60,524 nucleotides of DNA from a virus, in the IMG/VR virus record IMGVR_UViG_3300037511_000399; one strand, 5' to 3'. Within the stretch, counting starts at the first letter, position 1. Each line of letters opens with the position of its first letter. The notes under the pieces are model-generated. The model was not told the origin of the DNA, ran no database searches, and worked only from the letters and a program-made list of their open reading frames with translations. This document shows positions 51,571-59,855 of the stretch, in pieces. Position numbers and translations under genes: made by a program.

Positions 51571-51573
51571 CGC

Positions 51574-51825
51574 TCAGCTCTCCTTTGCTGGCGTGACGTA
51601 GTCCGGTTCCCACGCGCCGAGCTGCTCGCCGCGCGATAGAACGGTGACGGCAGCGCAGGGCTTGCCCTCGGGCAGGTCAGCGCTGCAGTTGTCGCAGCAG
51701 TACGAGCCGCGCGACGTGCCGCGCACGGCGCGCATGGTCTCGCCGGCGGCGACGACGTCGGGCAGCTGCGAGATGCGCTCCATCTTGGGCAGGCACTCGA
51801 TGCAGATCAGTTGTCGTGAAGCCAT
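51574..51825 (-). CDS. Cys-rich small protein
   Basis: ORF-track 83 aa. CIEC...CCDNC. Confidence 0.6.
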   Translation of the reverse strand: MASRQLICIECLPKMERISQLPDVVAAGETMRAVRGTSRGSYCCDNCSADLPEGKPCAAVTVLSRGEQLGAWEPDYVTPAKES

Positions 51826-51828
51826 GGC

Positions 51829-52143
51829 TCAGCCGCCCTCCGCGGGTGCGGCGGCGGCGGGAGCGAAGTCGAACGCCGGTATGCCGTCGACAAAGACGGG
51901 CCCGGAGAACAGCCCGTACGCTGCCCAGTTGCAGCCGACGCCGGGCAGGTGCCGGCCGATGCACTCCTGTTCCACGTGGTACTTGCCTTCACGCAGCTTA
52001 GGCAGGTGCTCGGTGAACTCGGTGCGCGTGCGCTCGATCGACATGACGTTATCGCAGGTCGGGCATACGAACTGCCACTTGGTTTGGTCGTCGCCGAAGC
52101 GCTTGCGGCCCTCGGCTTCCCACTCCTCGCGAGTCATCTTCAC
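51829..52143 (-). CDS. hypothetical small conserved-looking protein (CPTC...C..R...C motif)
   Basis: ORF-track 104 aa, diverse composition. Confidence 0.65.
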   Translation of the reverse strand: MKMTREEWEAEGRKRFGDDQTKWQFVCPTCDNVMSIERTRTEFTEHLPKLREGKYHVEQECIGRHLPGVGCNWAAYGLFSGPVFVDGIPAFDFAPAAAAPAEGG

Positions 52144-52146
52144 GGT

Positions 52147-52632
52147 TCAGGTCTCCTTTGCGCGCTCGAGCTCGAGCTGCTTGGCTCGGCGGTAGTGTGG
52201 AAAGCAGTAGTGGCGGTTTGGGCCCATCACGACCGAGCAGCGACCGCAGAGGAACGCGTCGCAGGTCTGGCCCTGCTTCGGACCGCTCAGCTCGAAATCG
52301 CACTGCTTGGTTGCGCGGTCGCCGCACTTACAGCGGTGATCTTTCCGGCCGCGGCTGCACATGAACACGGCGACGGGCCCGGACGCGGCGGTGCGCCCGT
52401 ACAGCAGCCAGTCGATCGACGCGTCGAGCTCGCGCGCGAGCTGCAGCAGGTCGCGGCCCGACAGCGCGCTCGCGTCGGCCTGGTCAGCTTCGATGCGCTC
52501 GAGCACTTCGACGCGCACGCCGGTCAGGCGCGCGAGCTCGGGCAGCGTGATGCCGTTGGGCCACTTGGTGATGTTGATGTGGTGGGTGCGCGCCTTGCGG
52601 ATGCGCGCGCCGATCGTGGTCGGGTCAGCCAT
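52147..52632 (-). CDS. XRE-type HTH fused to a C-terminal Cys-rich (zinc) domain
   Basis: ORF-track 161 aa. IGARIRKAR...ITLPELARLTGVRVEVLERIE, then CSRGRKDHRCKCG...CDAFLCGRC...H. Confidence 0.6.
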   Translation of the reverse strand: MADPTTIGARIRKARTHHINITKWPNGITLPELARLTGVRVEVLERIEADQADASALSGRDLLQLARELDASIDWLLYGRTAASGPVAVFMCSRGRKDHRCKCGDRATKQCDFELSGPKQGQTCDAFLCGRCSVVMGPNRHYCFPHYRRAKQLELERAKET

Positions 52633-52915
52633 CGGAGGCCTCGTCGAGCAGGCGCTGTCGCCGCTCTTCTGCCTCGCGCGCTTCGCGCTCCGCGCGCTGT
52701 TCCGGGGACAGATTCAGCTCCGCGATCAATGCGTCGGCTAGCTCGACCGCAGCGCGCGCTGTCGCGACGGGCTCGTACTGCGCATAGCTTTGGCGACCCA
52801 TCGAGCGCGCCCCGGCATCGGCGGCAAGCAAGCCGGTGAGAGCAGCCATGGCGGCGCGTTCGCGCCGGGTGCCGTGAAAGTGCGCGTCGAGCGCTTCCTT
52901 GAATGGGTAGCTCAT
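52625..52915 (-). CDS. hypothetical protein
   Basis: In frame of ORF 52625..53173, ATG 52915. Confidence 0.55.
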   Translation of the reverse strand: MSYPFKEALDAHFHGTRRERAAMAALTGLLAADAGARSMGRQSYAQYEPVATARAAVELADALIAELNLSPEQRAEREAREAEERRQRLLDEASDG

Positions 52916-53250
52916 CAGCGCTGCTCCCGCATTGCAGCCCGCGCCTCGAGCATCGCGGTCCACAGCGCCATGGGCACGTGCATCGCTGCGCCGGTGACCT
53001 CGGGCACCGCGCGGGCGATCGCGTTGTCGGCCGCGTCGACGAAGGCCTGCGCGTTCGCGGGCAGCGCGGGCGAGGTCCTCGGCGACGCCTCGGGCTCGCG
53101 GTTGCACTGCGTGCAGCGGTACGGCTCGGGCAGGCGCGCTCTGCGGTAGCCGAGCGTGCTGCCGCACACGCACTTGGGGATCGCCAGATAGTCGTAAGCG
53201 TGCGCGTTGGGGTGCTGCGCGTAGTGGCGCACGTAGGGGTCAACGGTCAT
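52915..53250 (-). CDS. hypothetical protein with CxC...CxxC motif
   Basis: In frame of ORF 52915..53385. ATG 53250 after AAGGAGA. Confidence 0.6.
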   Translation of the reverse strand: MTVDPYVRHYAQHPNAHAYDYLAIPKCVCGSTLGYRRARLPEPYRCTQCNREPEASPRTSPALPANAQAFVDAADNAIARAVPEVTGAAMHVPMALWTAMLEARAAMREQR

Positions 53251-53263
53251 GCGCGGTGTCTCC

Positions 53264-54367
53264 TTATGCAGCAGTCGCAGAATCGGTCGCGGGGTCGGCA
53301 TTGCCGGGCTCCTCGTTGGCGTCGCCGGGGTCGTCGCCGGGGTCGCGCTCGAGCTGCGGCTCGAGTCTGGCCATGGCCTCATCAACCACCTTCAGGTGCC
53401 GTTGCCAGCTGGCCTTGTGGTCGGGGCGCTGCTCGCGCTCGACGATGCCGCTCACGGCGTCGCGATAGAGCGTGAGCGTGTCGAGCGGTGCCTTGTCGAT
53501 CGGCTTGCCCTCCCACTGCGGGGCGCCGTCCCACTTCACGTATTTGCTGAACGTCGCGATGCTCACGGTGCGCCGTACCGCGGGCTCGGGCTTCGGCGGC
53601 GGCAGCGCCTGCCGAGGGGCCGCCGGCGCGCCGGTCTGCAGCCACGCGGCGTACGTCTCCGCGAACTTCACGCCGGGCCGCTCGATCACCGCGCCGTCGA
53701 ACTCGGGGCAGCGCGTCTTGCTGATCACCCAGTTGTGCTCGATGTCGATGTCGCCGACGACGTCGAACTCGTACTCGAGGCCCTCGCGCTGGATTGGAGC
53801 AAGTCCGACCTTGCGCGGCTGCGTGATCGTCGTCGTCCTGCCGTTGCGCTGCACCTCGATCTGCTCGAGCACGTACTCCATCTTGGAGCGCATCGTGACG
53901 ATCAGGTGCATGTCGCACGCGGCCATCGCCTCAACGAGCCGGTTGTGCTTCGGCGTGACGTCGCGCCAGGCGGTGAACGAGTTGCCCGACTGCGATTTCT
54001 TCGCGGCCTTGTCGACCTGCTCGAGCGCGCCATCCTTGCCCGACCAGGCGTGAGACAGCGAGTCGATCACCAGCACGCCGTAACCGGCCTTTTGCGCGGC
54101 CTCGATGGCATCGACGTAGGTGTCCGGCGCGAAGCTGTCGAGCTCGAGCACGTCGAAGTCGAGCTGTAGACCACTGCGCGGGTCGGTCATGTCCGCGTAC
54201 TTGCTCGCGGCGCCGTGCTCGGTGTCGATCAGCGCGACGCGCTTGTCACCGGCGATCGTGATCGCCATCAGCAGCGCGGAGTACGTCTTGCCGCTGCCCG
54301 AGGGGCCGATCAGCGCGACGCGGGCCTTGGCCTGGGTGCGAGTTGCTTTCTTGAACGTGAGTGCCAT
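53264..54367 (-). CDS. AAA_24/Sak4-like RecA-fold ATPase with C-terminal extension
   Basis: ORF-track 367 aa. Walker A LIGPSGSGKT, Walker B VLVIDSLS. Sits next to a Gp157-like gene, as in many phage recombination modules. Confidence 0.75.
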   Translation of the reverse strand: MALTFKKATRTQAKARVALIGPSGSGKTYSALLMAITIAGDKRVALIDTEHGAASKYADMTDPRSGLQLDFDVLELDSFAPDTYVDAIEAAQKAGYGVLVIDSLSHAWSGKDGALEQVDKAAKKSQSGNSFTAWRDVTPKHNRLVEAMAACDMHLIVTMRSKMEYVLEQIEVQRNGRTTTITQPRKVGLAPIQREGLEYEFDVVGDIDIEHNWVISKTRCPEFDGAVIERPGVKFAETYAAWLQTGAPAAPRQALPPPKPEPAVRRTVSIATFSKYVKWDGAPQWEGKPIDKAPLDTLTLYRDAVSGIVEREQRPDHKASWQRHLKVVDEAMARLEPQLERDPGDDPGDANEEPGNADPATDSATAA

Positions 54368-54380
54368 CGATCGTTCCCCT

Positions 54381-54929
54381 TCACTTCCAACGCAGGTGGT
54401 TGCCGTACTTGAGCTCTGCGAAGTCGAACCGCTCGCCGGCCTTCAGTCGGCGCGTGACCTCGGCCTTGTCGAGCTCGGTGCGCTCGCGCAGCAGCTCGGC
54501 CGGCACGCGCGCCTTCAGCTCGGAATCGGGCACCGACACGATCAGCGCCGGCGTGCTGTTCTTCTGGATCGCCGCGCCACCGGTGAGGCCGATCGCGCGC
54601 GGAATGCCGAGCGTGATCATCGCCTCGTAAAGACGCTTCTCGAGTCGCTCGACGTTCTGCCGCTTGCGCTTGGCGCGCTGCGCGTAGATCTCGACGAAGT
54701 GCTCGAGGGCGTCGGCCTCGGCCTCGAGGATGAGCGCGACGGCCTTGTACGCCTCGGCTTTGGTGATCAGCGAGTCGGCGTTCTCGTCGAGCGCCTTGCC
54801 GAGTGCGTCGTCGACCTCGCCCTCGGCATCGTCGAGCTGGGCCAGCAGCTTGAGTCCACGCTCGATGATGTCGTTTAGCGTGAGCGGCGGCCGCGCCTGC
54901 TGCTGCTCGGTCTCTTGCTGCTCGGTCAC
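54381..54929 (-). CDS. Gp157-like protein (putative)
   Basis: ORF-track 182 aa. The N-terminal half is a helical coiled coil and the protein ends ...FDFAELKYGNHLRWK. Position next to the Sak4-like ATPase supports the call. Confidence 0.5.
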   Translation of the reverse strand: MTEQQETEQQQARPPLTLNDIIERGLKLLAQLDDAEGEVDDALGKALDENADSLITKAEAYKAVALILEAEADALEHFVEIYAQRAKRKRQNVERLEKRLYEAMITLGIPRAIGLTGGAAIQKNSTPALIVSVPDSELKARVPAELLRERTELDKAEVTRRLKAGERFDFAELKYGNHLRWK

Positions 54930-55204
54930 GACGCGTCACCCGTGGCCGCTGCGGGGAACGGGATCGACTCGTTACGGCTCGGCGCCGACTCCGGCGCGGT
55001 CGCCGGCTTCGGCCCGGCCTTCAGCGCCCGCACGTTGGCGAGCAGCTGTTCGGCGAGCTTCTCGGCGCCGTCGAAGTCGCGAACGCTCGCGTTCAGCGCG
55101 GCCCTGATGTGATCGAGCTGCTCGCGAGCTGCCTTGGTGTGGTGGTCGATGTGCCACCGCTTTTCGATGTCGGCCTTCTGCTGATCGAGGGTGCGTTTTG
55201 CCAT
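54926..55204 (-). CDS. hypothetical protein
   Basis: ORF-track 92 aa. Confidence 0.6.
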   Translation of the reverse strand: MAKRTLDQQKADIEKRWHIDHHTKAAREQLDHIRAALNASVRDFDGAEKLAEQLLANVRALKAGPKPATAPESAPSRNESIPFPAAATGDAS

Positions 55205-55243
55205 GGTGGTTTCCTTTGCTGGCGCTGTGGTGCAGCGCGGTGA

Positions 55244-55528
55244 TCAGAACGGGATGTCGCCGACGTCCTCGACGTGTTCGGGCGTCGGCGGCTTGGGCTG
55301 CTGCGGCTCCGCTGCGATCGAAGCGACGACGGTGCTGAGCAGCTCCTCAGCGCTCGACGCCTCGTGGGTGCGTCCGGCGTCTCCGATGGCTCCGGAGCCG
55401 ACCTCAAACACGGCCCACTTCGTGTCGACAGTGCCGCTGTCGTGGCACCAGGTGCTCACCGAGAGATTGAAGCTGCGCCCCGGCGGCATCGCGTCGCGCA
55501 ATGCGTTGAAGAGCTGTGCATAGGTCAT
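55244..55528 (-). CDS. small protein ending in an SSB-type acidic tip (…EDVGDIPF)
   Basis: ORF-track 94 aa. The C-terminus matches the D-I-P-F tip of bacterial SSB tails. The body does not resemble an OB-fold SSB N-terminus. Confidence 0.6.
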   Translation of the reverse strand: MTYAQLFNALRDAMPPGRSFNLSVSTWCHDSGTVDTKWAVFEVGSGAIGDAGRTHEASSAEELLSTVVASIAAEPQQPKPPTPEHVEDVGDIPF

Positions 55529-55965
55529 CGGCCGAACCTCCGTGCGCGGCGCGGTTGTGCCTCGCCGTCGTCGACATCGAGAATCTTCGCGAGCGTCCGC
55601 TTGAACTCCCTCGCGCGCGCAGCGGCCAGCGCTGCACGCTGCTCGTCGCTCAGCTGCGGATCGTCGACCGCGTCAACGCCGACTGGGTCGTCACCGTCGG
55701 CGCGCGGTGGGTAGAGGGCCTCTCCCGGAATCTCGCCGCGAAGAAATCGCTTGAGCTGCTTGGGGTCGATGGTCGTCACCGTTGTTGATCTCCCGATCCG
55801 CACGCCGCACTTCGCGCTGACAACCGCGCGCCGAAATTCGAGCTCGGCCAGCGTCAGCGCGCCGCACACGTCGCAGGCTGGCCAGTGGCGCAGCATCGCC
55901 GCGCCGCAGAGGCGACACGACGGCGGCGCACAGACCACCGGCAGCTGTGGCAGCGTCGCGCTCAT
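55525..55965 (-). CDS. hypothetical protein with N-terminal CxxC...CxxC
   Basis: In frame of ORF 55525..56052, ATG 55965. Confidence 0.55.
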   Translation of the reverse strand: MSATLPQLPVVCAPPSCRLCGAAMLRHWPACDVCGALTLAELEFRRAVVSAKCGVRIGRSTTVTTIDPKQLKRFLRGEIPGEALYPPRADGDDPVGVDAVDDPQLSDEQRAALAAARAREFKRTLAKILDVDDGEAQPRRARRFGR

Positions 55966-56165
55966 GCTGCGGCCCTCGCGTCGTTGGCGATTCGCGCGTG
56001 CTTGAAGCCGCAGAGCCGGCAGCCGTATTTGCGCTGGCCGTGCTCGAGCCACGTCCAGCAGCGCGAGCCGAACAGCAGCGCGCCGCAGTCGGCGGCGCTG
56101 CAGCGCGAGTAGGCCGGGCCGGTCACGACAGCGAACCAGGCGGCGACGTAGCGGCGGCGGTTCAT
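55962..56165 (-). CDS. hypothetical small Cys-containing protein
   Basis: In frame of ORF 55962..56381, ATG 56165. Confidence 0.5.
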   Translation of the reverse strand: MNRRRYVAAWFAVVTGPAYSRCSAADCGALLFGSRCWTWLEHGQRKYGCRLCGFKHARIANDARAAA

Positions 56166-56788
56166 GATGCCCTCCGCGCGGCTTCTGGCTTGTCGGCCAC
56201 GCGCTGCAGCAACGCCGCGAGCCGCTTGGTGATCCCCTCGAGCTCCGCTTGGGCGGCGTCGCGCTCCGCGGTCAGCTCGCGGATCAACGTGGCTGCTCGC
56301 GAGCTTTGCGCCGAAGCGATGGCCACTGCCTCGTCGCGCTCGGCCACTGCCTTGCGCACGTCGGGCAGCATCGACTCGCACAGCGCGCGCTCGGTCGCGA
56401 GGTCGGCGCGCGCAGCGTCGCGCTCGGCCTCAAGCGCCGTAATGCGGTCGTGCAGCGCGGCGACGCCAGCCGGCGTGATGTCGGGCGGCTCCTGCTCCTC
56501 GGTCGCGCAGGCGCCGCACAGCGCGGTGCGCTCGACCTTGCCGGCGACCACGCGCACGCGCATGCGGCCGGTGTCGCACTCGATCGTCTCGCCGCAGCCG
56601 CAGCGAACGCCGTGCACGGTCACGTCGGAGCCGTACTCGTCGCCGTCGATCTCGCTGCACGCGCAGAGGTCGTGCGTCTCGTAGCTGCCGCGGCAGCCGC
56701 TCACGCTGCCGGTGCCGCGGCAGTCAGGGCACCAGGGACCGCTGTCGCGGTCGGTGTCGAGGGGCTCGTACGTTGTCGCGCTGCTCAT
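56162..56788 (-). CDS. first gene of the leftward early operon: Cys-rich N-terminus plus coiled coil
   Basis: ORF-track 208 aa. The ATG lies 7 nt downstream of a -10-like hexamer. Confidence 0.6.
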   Translation of the reverse strand: MSSATTYEPLDTDRDSGPWCPDCRGTGSVSGCRGSYETHDLCACSEIDGDEYGSDVTVHGVRCGCGETIECDTGRMRVRVVAGKVERTALCGACATEEQEPPDITPAGVAALHDRITALEAERDAARADLATERALCESMLPDVRKAVAERDEAVAIASAQSSRAATLIRELTAERDAAQAELEGITKRLAALLQRVADKPEAARRAS

Positions 56789-56794
56789 GAGGCG

Positions 56795-56844
56795 ACACTA
56801 TGCACCTCTGCAGATGCAGTCAAGCAGTCTGCAGTGATGCAGAC
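56795..56844 (-). promoter_or_regulatory. leftward early promoter (TTGACT-N17-TAGTGT) with two CTGCA/TGCAG operator-like sites
   Basis: On the minus strand the -35 is at 56823-56818 and the -10 at 56800-56795. CTCTGCAGATGCAG (56806-56819) lies in the spacer. The 18-bp palindrome GTCTGCA-GTGA-TGCAGAC (56827-56844) sits just upstream. Confidence 0.5.
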
Positions 56845-57153
56845 GAAAATAAATCGGGAAACCTTGCAGGACTACAGATCGCGCAGATCCGTCGACTGCA
56901 CGTCTGTGCCGACCTTGTGTGACCTGTCGGTCGCGCGCGCATGACCGCGGCGCGGGCGGCGTCGGGGGAAGCCATAGCCAGCGCTGGCGGGTTGTAAGCC
57001 TTTGCCCGCTAGGTGTATTGCAGCTGCGGAGTGGGCGTTCCGACGTCAGAGTGCAGCGCGGCAGCTGATGAGTGGTTGCGCGCACGTGCGAGTGCCACGC
57101 CAGGGCTAGCGGGCCTTGCCCGAGCGTGCGGGCTCAACGTGCGCGCGACATCA

Positions 57154-57447
57154 GTGCGCACCGTGAAGCCGTTCCGCGATCGCAACACGCTTTGGTACAG
57201 CGAGGCGTGCTCCGCGGAATGGGTGCGCGCGTTCTTCGTTCGCGAGATCGCAACGCAGGCGCTCGCGGCCGTAGGCGAGCCGCAGACGTTCGCCGCGGTG
57301 GAAGCGCTGAGCTCGTCGATCAGGCGCTATGCGCGCGGCGTCGCGACTTTGGAGCGGCCGGCGGCGGTGAGGACGCGGGCGCGGTCAGCTTCGGCAATTC
57401 TGCCAATCGTGCAGCAGCAGCTGCCTGCGCCTTCCGATCCTCTCTAA
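57154..57447 (+). CDS. possible ORF convergent with, and overlapping, the repressor 3' end
   Basis: In frame of ORF 57013..57447, GTG 57154. The first ~60 codons have high G/C third positions (VRTVKPFRDRNTLWYSEACSAEWVRAFFVREI...). It overlaps 57320-57447 of the minus-strand gene. Confidence 0.3.
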   Translation: MRTVKPFRDRNTLWYSEACSAEWVRAFFVREIATQALAAVGEPQTFAAVEALSSSIRRYARGVATLERPAAVRTRARSASAILPIVQQQLPAPSDPL

Positions 57448-57765
57448 TCGCGATCAGCATCGACAGCCGGTCGAGCTTCGTCGCGGTCGTTTCCATCACG
57501 CGATCGAGCAACTCGCGCTCGTCGGCGGTCTCTGGATCGGGTGCGTCGTCGCGGTCGCTGCCGGTGAGCTCGTCGAACGAGTGACCGAGCCGCTTGGCGA
57601 TCTTCACGAGCGTGTCAGCGGCCGGCAGCGTGCGCCCCTTCTCGAGTCGCCATAGCGTGGTGGGGTCGATGCCGCACTCGCGGGCGAGCTTGCGCTGCGT
57701 GAGCTTCGGTTTTTGTTCGGCGCGCCAGAGCCGGACGCGCGCACCAATGACTGACGTGTCATCCA
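57320..57765 (-). CDS. XRE/cI-type HTH repressor
   Basis: In frame of ORF 57320..57814, ATG 57765. IGARVRLWRAEQKPKLTQRKLARECGIDPTTLWRLEKGRTLP is a classic HTH_XRE. Divergent from a Cro-like gene. Confidence 0.7.
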
Positions 57766-57842
57766 TAGTCTTACCCCGCCGTACTGCTTTGAAACCAGTA
57801 CCAGCGCTCTGCATGTCTGCCTAGGCCCCTAATCGGCACCGT

Positions 57843-57883
57843 TTGACTTGCTCTGCATCGATGCAGTATGCAACAGTGCAGAG
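57843..57883 (+). promoter_or_regulatory. rightward early promoter (TTGACT-N17/18-GTATGCA) with operator palindrome
   Basis: TTGACT at 57843-57848. Perfect 14-bp palindrome CTGCATCGATGCAG at 57853-57866 in the spacer. An inverted CTCTGCA / TGCAGAG pair at 57851-57857 and 57877-57883. Confidence 0.5.
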
Positions 57884-57886
57884 CAA

Positions 57887-58216
57887 ATGGTCCGGCGCCC
57901 TTCCAAACTCCTCGGCGAGCGGCTGCGCAAGCTCCGCGCGCGCCTCAAGAACCCCGACGGCTCGCCCGTCACGCAAGCGCAGGTCGCTGCGCGCTGCGGG
58001 TGGAGCGCTGACAAGCAGTGGCGGTACGAGGACGGCCGCAACGTCCCGAGCGCCGAGCGCCAGGTGAAGCTGGCAAAGGTGCTCGGGACCACCGTCGAGG
58101 AGCTGCAGGCGGACAACTCGCTGATCGATGCGCTGCCGCTGCCCGACAAGGACAGCGACGACGGCGAGTCGAACGAAGATGAGACCGCGCGCGCCGTGCA
58201 CTCGGGTGCCGCGTGA
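57887..58216 (+). CDS. Cro-like XRE HTH protein
   Basis: In frame of ORF 57848..58216, ATG 57887. LGERLRKLRARL...VTQAQVAARCGWSADKQWRYEDGRNVPS. Confidence 0.65.
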   Translation: MVRRPSKLLGERLRKLRARLKNPDGSPVTQAQVAARCGWSADKQWRYEDGRNVPSAERQVKLAKVLGTTVEELQADNSLIDALPLPDKDSDDGESNEDETARAVHSGAA

Positions 58217-58347
58217 TTGCTTGCGCTGAAGGTACTGCGGTCGCCGGACTGCACGACTCGGCCGACCATGCGCTAACGCTGGCGCGCTCGCAAGACTGCG
58301 CGGGCGAGCAGCGGCCTACAGCTGAACCAGACACGGGAGCGTGACCG

Positions 58348-58677
58348 ATGGCCGACCTCGAGCCCAAGGCAGACGTGCGCGCGGGTAGCAACTTGCCCGC
58401 GAGCAACGGCGCGAGCGCCCCACAGCTGAACGTTGCGCTGCTCACGCTCGAGGCCGCGCACGAGCTGCACAAGGACTCGCCGCGCGCCTGCGTCGTCTAC
58501 GGCGACTTTCGGCAGCGCGTGCACGACCTGCGGCGGCTATCCGCGCTGCTCGACGCAAACCGCGAGCTGCGCACGTTCTGCCCCGACGTGCTCGACCTCG
58601 CCGACGAGCTCGTACGCATCGGGGCGCTCGCCATCGCGAAGGCCGCCGAAGCCGATCGGAGCCCCAGCGATGGCTGA
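58348..58677 (+). CDS. hypothetical protein
   Basis: ORF-track 109 aa. Confidence 0.6.
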   Translation: MADLEPKADVRAGSNLPASNGASAPQLNVALLTLEAAHELHKDSPRACVVYGDFRQRVHDLRRLSALLDANRELRTFCPDVLDLADELVRIGALAIAKAAEADRSPSDG

Positions 58678-58867
58678 CGCGCGCAACGCAGCCGCCGAGC
58701 CCGCCGTGCACGCGTTCGCGTTCGCTGCAGCGATCGACCCCGACGACTGCCCCACCGTCGTAGCGCCGTACCCCGGTGCACGCGTGTGCGGTGCGCTGTG
58801 GTGCACTGCTGTCGCTGAGCGCGGCACTGACCGCTGCAAGCGGCACGGCTCGGAGCGCTCGCGATGA
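58670..58867 (+). CDS. hypothetical small Cys-containing protein
   Basis: In frame of ORF 58433..58867, ATG 58670. Confidence 0.5.
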   Translation: MADARNAAAEPAVHAFAFAAAIDPDDCPTVVAPYPGARVCGALWCTAVAERGTDRCKRHGSERSR

Positions 58868-58971
58868 TCGCCGGCGCGCTCATCCTGTCCGCGTGCATCG
58901 TCGCGCCGACGCTCGTCGGCGTCGGGCTGATCGTGATGCTGTGCTCGATATTCGGAAAGGGGCGCGTATGA
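58864..58971 (+). CDS. tiny membrane protein (35 aa)
   Basis: Hand-translated: MIAGALILSACIVAPTLVGVGLIVMLCSIFGKGRV. ATGA overlaps at both ends. Confidence 0.45.
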   Translation: MIAGALILSACIVAPTLVGVGLIVMLCSIFGKGRV

Positions 58972-59126
58972 CGCGCAAGCGCCTCGAGCTGCAGCCCGAT
59001 CGGCTTCGCCCGCGCGAGATCAGCAAGCGCGAGGACCTCGCGTTCGCGCTCGTTGTCACCGAGCTCGAGCTGACGCCAACCGAGGCAGCTGTCTACCTCG
59101 ATCACATCGAAAGGACGCCGCGATGA
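58968..59126 (+). CDS. hypothetical small protein (52 aa)
   Basis: In frame of ORF 58776..59126, ATGA-coupled. Confidence 0.5.
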   Translation: MTRKRLELQPDRLRPREISKREDLAFALVVTELELTPTEAAVYLDHIERTPR

Positions 59127-59344
59127 TCTGCATCCAAGTCGCTGATCTGCTCGCACTCGGCACTCTCGTCGCGGCAGCGTCGCTGCTCGCCGGCTTCTGC
59201 TGCGCGCTGCGCATCGCGGACCGGCTCGAGCACCAGCTCGCCAAGGAAACGGAGCGCGCCGACGAGTGGGAGACCGCGGCCGGTCAGTGGATGTCGCTGG
59301 CGCGCCAGCGCTCGTGCGCGCGTCGGGAGGTGGCTCGTGCGTGA
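59123..59344 (+). CDS. small membrane protein
   Basis: ORF-track 73 aa. LLALGTLVAAASLLAGFCCAL. Confidence 0.55.
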   Translation: MICIQVADLLALGTLVAAASLLAGFCCALRIADRLEHQLAKETERADEWETAAGQWMSLARQRSCARREVARA

Positions 59345-59483
59345 CGAAACCATCATCGCGCTCGCGTGCGAAGCGTGCGCGGCCATCGTTGGCGTTGGCG
59401 GCGCGTGGGCTACTCGTGGCGACGGCCTCAGCGCGCTGCTGATCGCGCGCGCGGCGGCCTTCATCGCTGTGGGGCATTGCTGA
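59337..59483 (+). CDS. tiny membrane protein (48 aa)
   Basis: GTG 59337 after GGGAGG at 59325-59330. Hand-translated: VRDETIIALACEACAAIVGVGGAWATRGDGLSALLIARAAAFIAVGHC. Confidence 0.45.
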   Translation: MRDETIIALACEACAAIVGVGGAWATRGDGLSALLIARAAAFIAVGHC

Positions 59484-59855
59484 TGCGTGAACCGACCGCG
59501 CTGCAGTGGTCCACGCTCGCCGCGTTCATCGCCGGCGTGCTGCTGGTCTGCGCCTCCGCGATCGGCGGCGCTCAAAACGTCGAGGGCCAGGAAACAAGGC
59601 TCTCTAGTACCCGAACGCAAACGAGTGAGCCCGAAAGACCCACAGGCGATCGAGCGGGCCCGCGATCGCTGGTTGAAGCTCTTAGGCGTTCGCCCTCGAC
59701 GACTGACGTTGGCCGCGGTCACCCCCCGCGTGCCGCAACGACCGCGAGTCGAAGCCGAAGCTCGGCGCCGCTACGTGCCCAAGTCACCGCCCCCCCCGGT
59801 GACGCGCGTGTCGGCGCCGAGCTCGTCGCGGTTCGCATCAACCCCGAGGAGACCC

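Noticed and set aside
59487-59855. The N-terminal 123 codons of ORF-track entry 59487-60215 ([15 protein letters not shown]...).
   Set aside because: The composition is Arg/Pro/Ser-rich and non-protein-like. It overlaps a better hydrophobic small ORF in another frame. A GAGGAG-ATG start at 59856 fits the conserved-looking C-terminal domain, although an intermediate start (GTG 59625) cannot be excluded.
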